Part shown: in pieces, positions 62,492 through 64,000 of the stretch | Position numbering within the stretch: position 1 is the stretch's first letter | Layout: every line of letters starts with the position of its first letter | Source of the DNA: Hyphochytrium catenoides | Taxonomy: Eukaryota; Protista; Hyphochytriomycota | Length of the DNA stretch: 64,000 nucleotides | NCBI GenBank assembly: GCA_900088475.1 | Contig: FLMG01000505.1 | Location: forward strand, 1 to 64,000 | Direction: 5' to 3' | Position numbers and translations under genes: made by a program | Notes under the pieces: generated by a model | What the model was told of the DNA's origin: nothing | Databases searched by the model: none | What the model saw: the letters and a program-made list of their open reading frames with translations, nothing else

Positions 62492-62564
62492 AGTCTCAAC
62501 AGGCGACGCATAACTGAGAGTTTTGGCCGGCAATAGAGCGGGCTGCTCGCCACATTATACAAAG

Positions 62565-64000
62565 ATGAGCTTCATGATGGTAGGAGGTGCTCGGGATGAC
62601 CCCTCTTGGGTGTAATCAATACTAACCTGAATCTCAATATCATGGGTGTATGTGTCTAGCAACCAACCGTCATCCTTCTTAAAGAAGGCACTGACACCAG
62701 TCAAGGGAAAGCCCAACTGATCAGCAACATCAATGCTTGTCAGGCTGTATCGGACGCTATTCGCACAACTCTGGGGCCTAGAGGCATGGACAAGCTAGTT
62801 TTCGATGGCCGAAAGGTAATTCTCTAAAGCGCATACATTATTTACCACCGAAAGGGAAGAGTAACAAATCTTCTGTGATTAGGTCACCATATCCAATGAT
62901 GGCGCGACGATTATGAACCTTCTTGACATAGTGCACCCCGCTGCGAAGACGTTGGTAGACATTTCATTATCTCAGGACGCTGAGGTGGGGCATCCTGTCT
63001 CTTGTATGGTCCTGACCTAGTATTTAAAGGCCCTGCCCAGGTCGGTGATGGTACCACATCGGTTGTCCTGCTGGGGGCGGAGCTGTTAAAACAAGCAAAG
63101 GGCTTTGTTGAGGATGGCGTACACCCACAAATTATAATTAAGGTAGGGTGTCATAGTCGAAAGATCTCTCTTCCCCTGTGTGTGGGGATCCTTTTTCCAG
63201 CTAAGCACATACCGGTCAGGCCTTCCGGCGCGCCTCTATCTTAGCTGTTCAAAAGCTGAAGGAACTTAGTGTTGGAGTTGCAGATACGGATCCTACGGGC
63301 AAGCGTCAGATGCTTGAAAAATGTGCTGGGACTGCGCTGAACTCCAAATTGATTAGCAGAAACAAACCATTCTTCTGCCCAATGGTATGATTTACACTCC
63401 TCTACAACTGAACTTGTGATCTTTGATTACTTGATCGCTAACCATTCCCATTCCTGCAGGTGGTAGATGCCGTAAGCTCTCTTGACGAAGATTTAGACAT
63501 CAGTATGATCGGTATCAAGAAAGTTCCTGGTGGCTCTGTCACGGACTCCTTTCTCGTGAATGGTGTCGCTTTCAAAAAGACTTTCTCCTACGCCGGCTTC
63601 GAACAACAGCCAAAGAGCTTTAAGGACCCGAAAATACTGATGCTCAACGTGGAGTTAGAGCTGAAGTCTGAGAAGGAGAACGCTGAAATTCGTATTGATG
63701 ATCCAGCTAAGTACCAATCCATTGTCGATGCAGAGTGGAGAATAATTTATGAAAAGCTGGAAAAGTGTGTGGAGGTAGGTTCCGTCGGCTGCTCTGTAGT
63801 CCATCCCATGTTATTGGCTAAAAGACAGATGACATAGACTGGCGCGAAGATTATTCTCTCTAAGCTGCCTATTGGTGACCTGGCGACCCAGTACTTTGCG
63901 GACAGAGGTCTCTTCTGTGCTGGCAGAGTGTCACAAGAAGACTTAGAGCGGACTGCGAAGGCTTGCGGAGGTGTTGTTCAAACTTCAGTTCACGACATGA
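62565..64000 (+). CDS. CCT7: T-complex protein 1 subunit eta, 5' part; runs off the right edge
   Basis: MSFMM|[27 protein letters not shown]; [11 protein letters not shown]; ISNDGATI; EVGDGTTSV; [18 protein letters not shown]; [15 protein letters not shown]; [17 protein letters not shown]. Confidence 0.97.

Noticed and set aside
1589-64000. Non-standard genetic code or non-canonical introns
   Set aside because: TAA, TAG and TGA all end genes, conserved exons have no in-frame stops, and all traced introns are GT-AG (some with AAG acceptors).
1-64000. CRISPR arrays, rRNA, tRNA, snRNA, telomeric arrays
   Set aside because: None recognised by eye; tRNAscan-SE and Infernal would be needed to exclude divergent RNAs.

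Overview
Gene-dense, intron-containing eukaryotic (protist) nuclear DNA. The genetic code is standard and every intron I traced is GT-AG. The AP2M1 and CCT7 sequences look stramenopile-like to me, but that is from memory only. Genes in order: TLC-domain protein (-, truncated at the left edge), AP-2 mu (+), RRP8 (-), mitochondrial S18 with a long N-terminal extension (+), ZW10 (-), DNA polymerase eta (+), a RasGAP-START protein (-), a spliced orphan ORF (+), three adjacent glycosyltransferase-type genes, XMAP215/ch-TOG (-), an intronless PARG (-), Tom40 (+), two degenerate CRE-like RLE non-LTR retrotransposons arranged head to head, PA28/REG (+), a possible small gene (-) and CCT7 (+, truncated at the right edge). 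Best leads: (1) the intron-poor glycosyltransferase cluster (GINT1-like propeller fused to a DUF1647-like domain, a DxD-less GT31-like protein, and a GT32), a candidate glycosyl-inositolphosphoceramide/glycolipid module; (2) the RasGAP-START fusion; (3) an alginate-lyase-like gene fragment captured inside one retrotransposon copy. All family calls come from motif recognition by eye, with no database searches, and exon boundaries were traced by hand.
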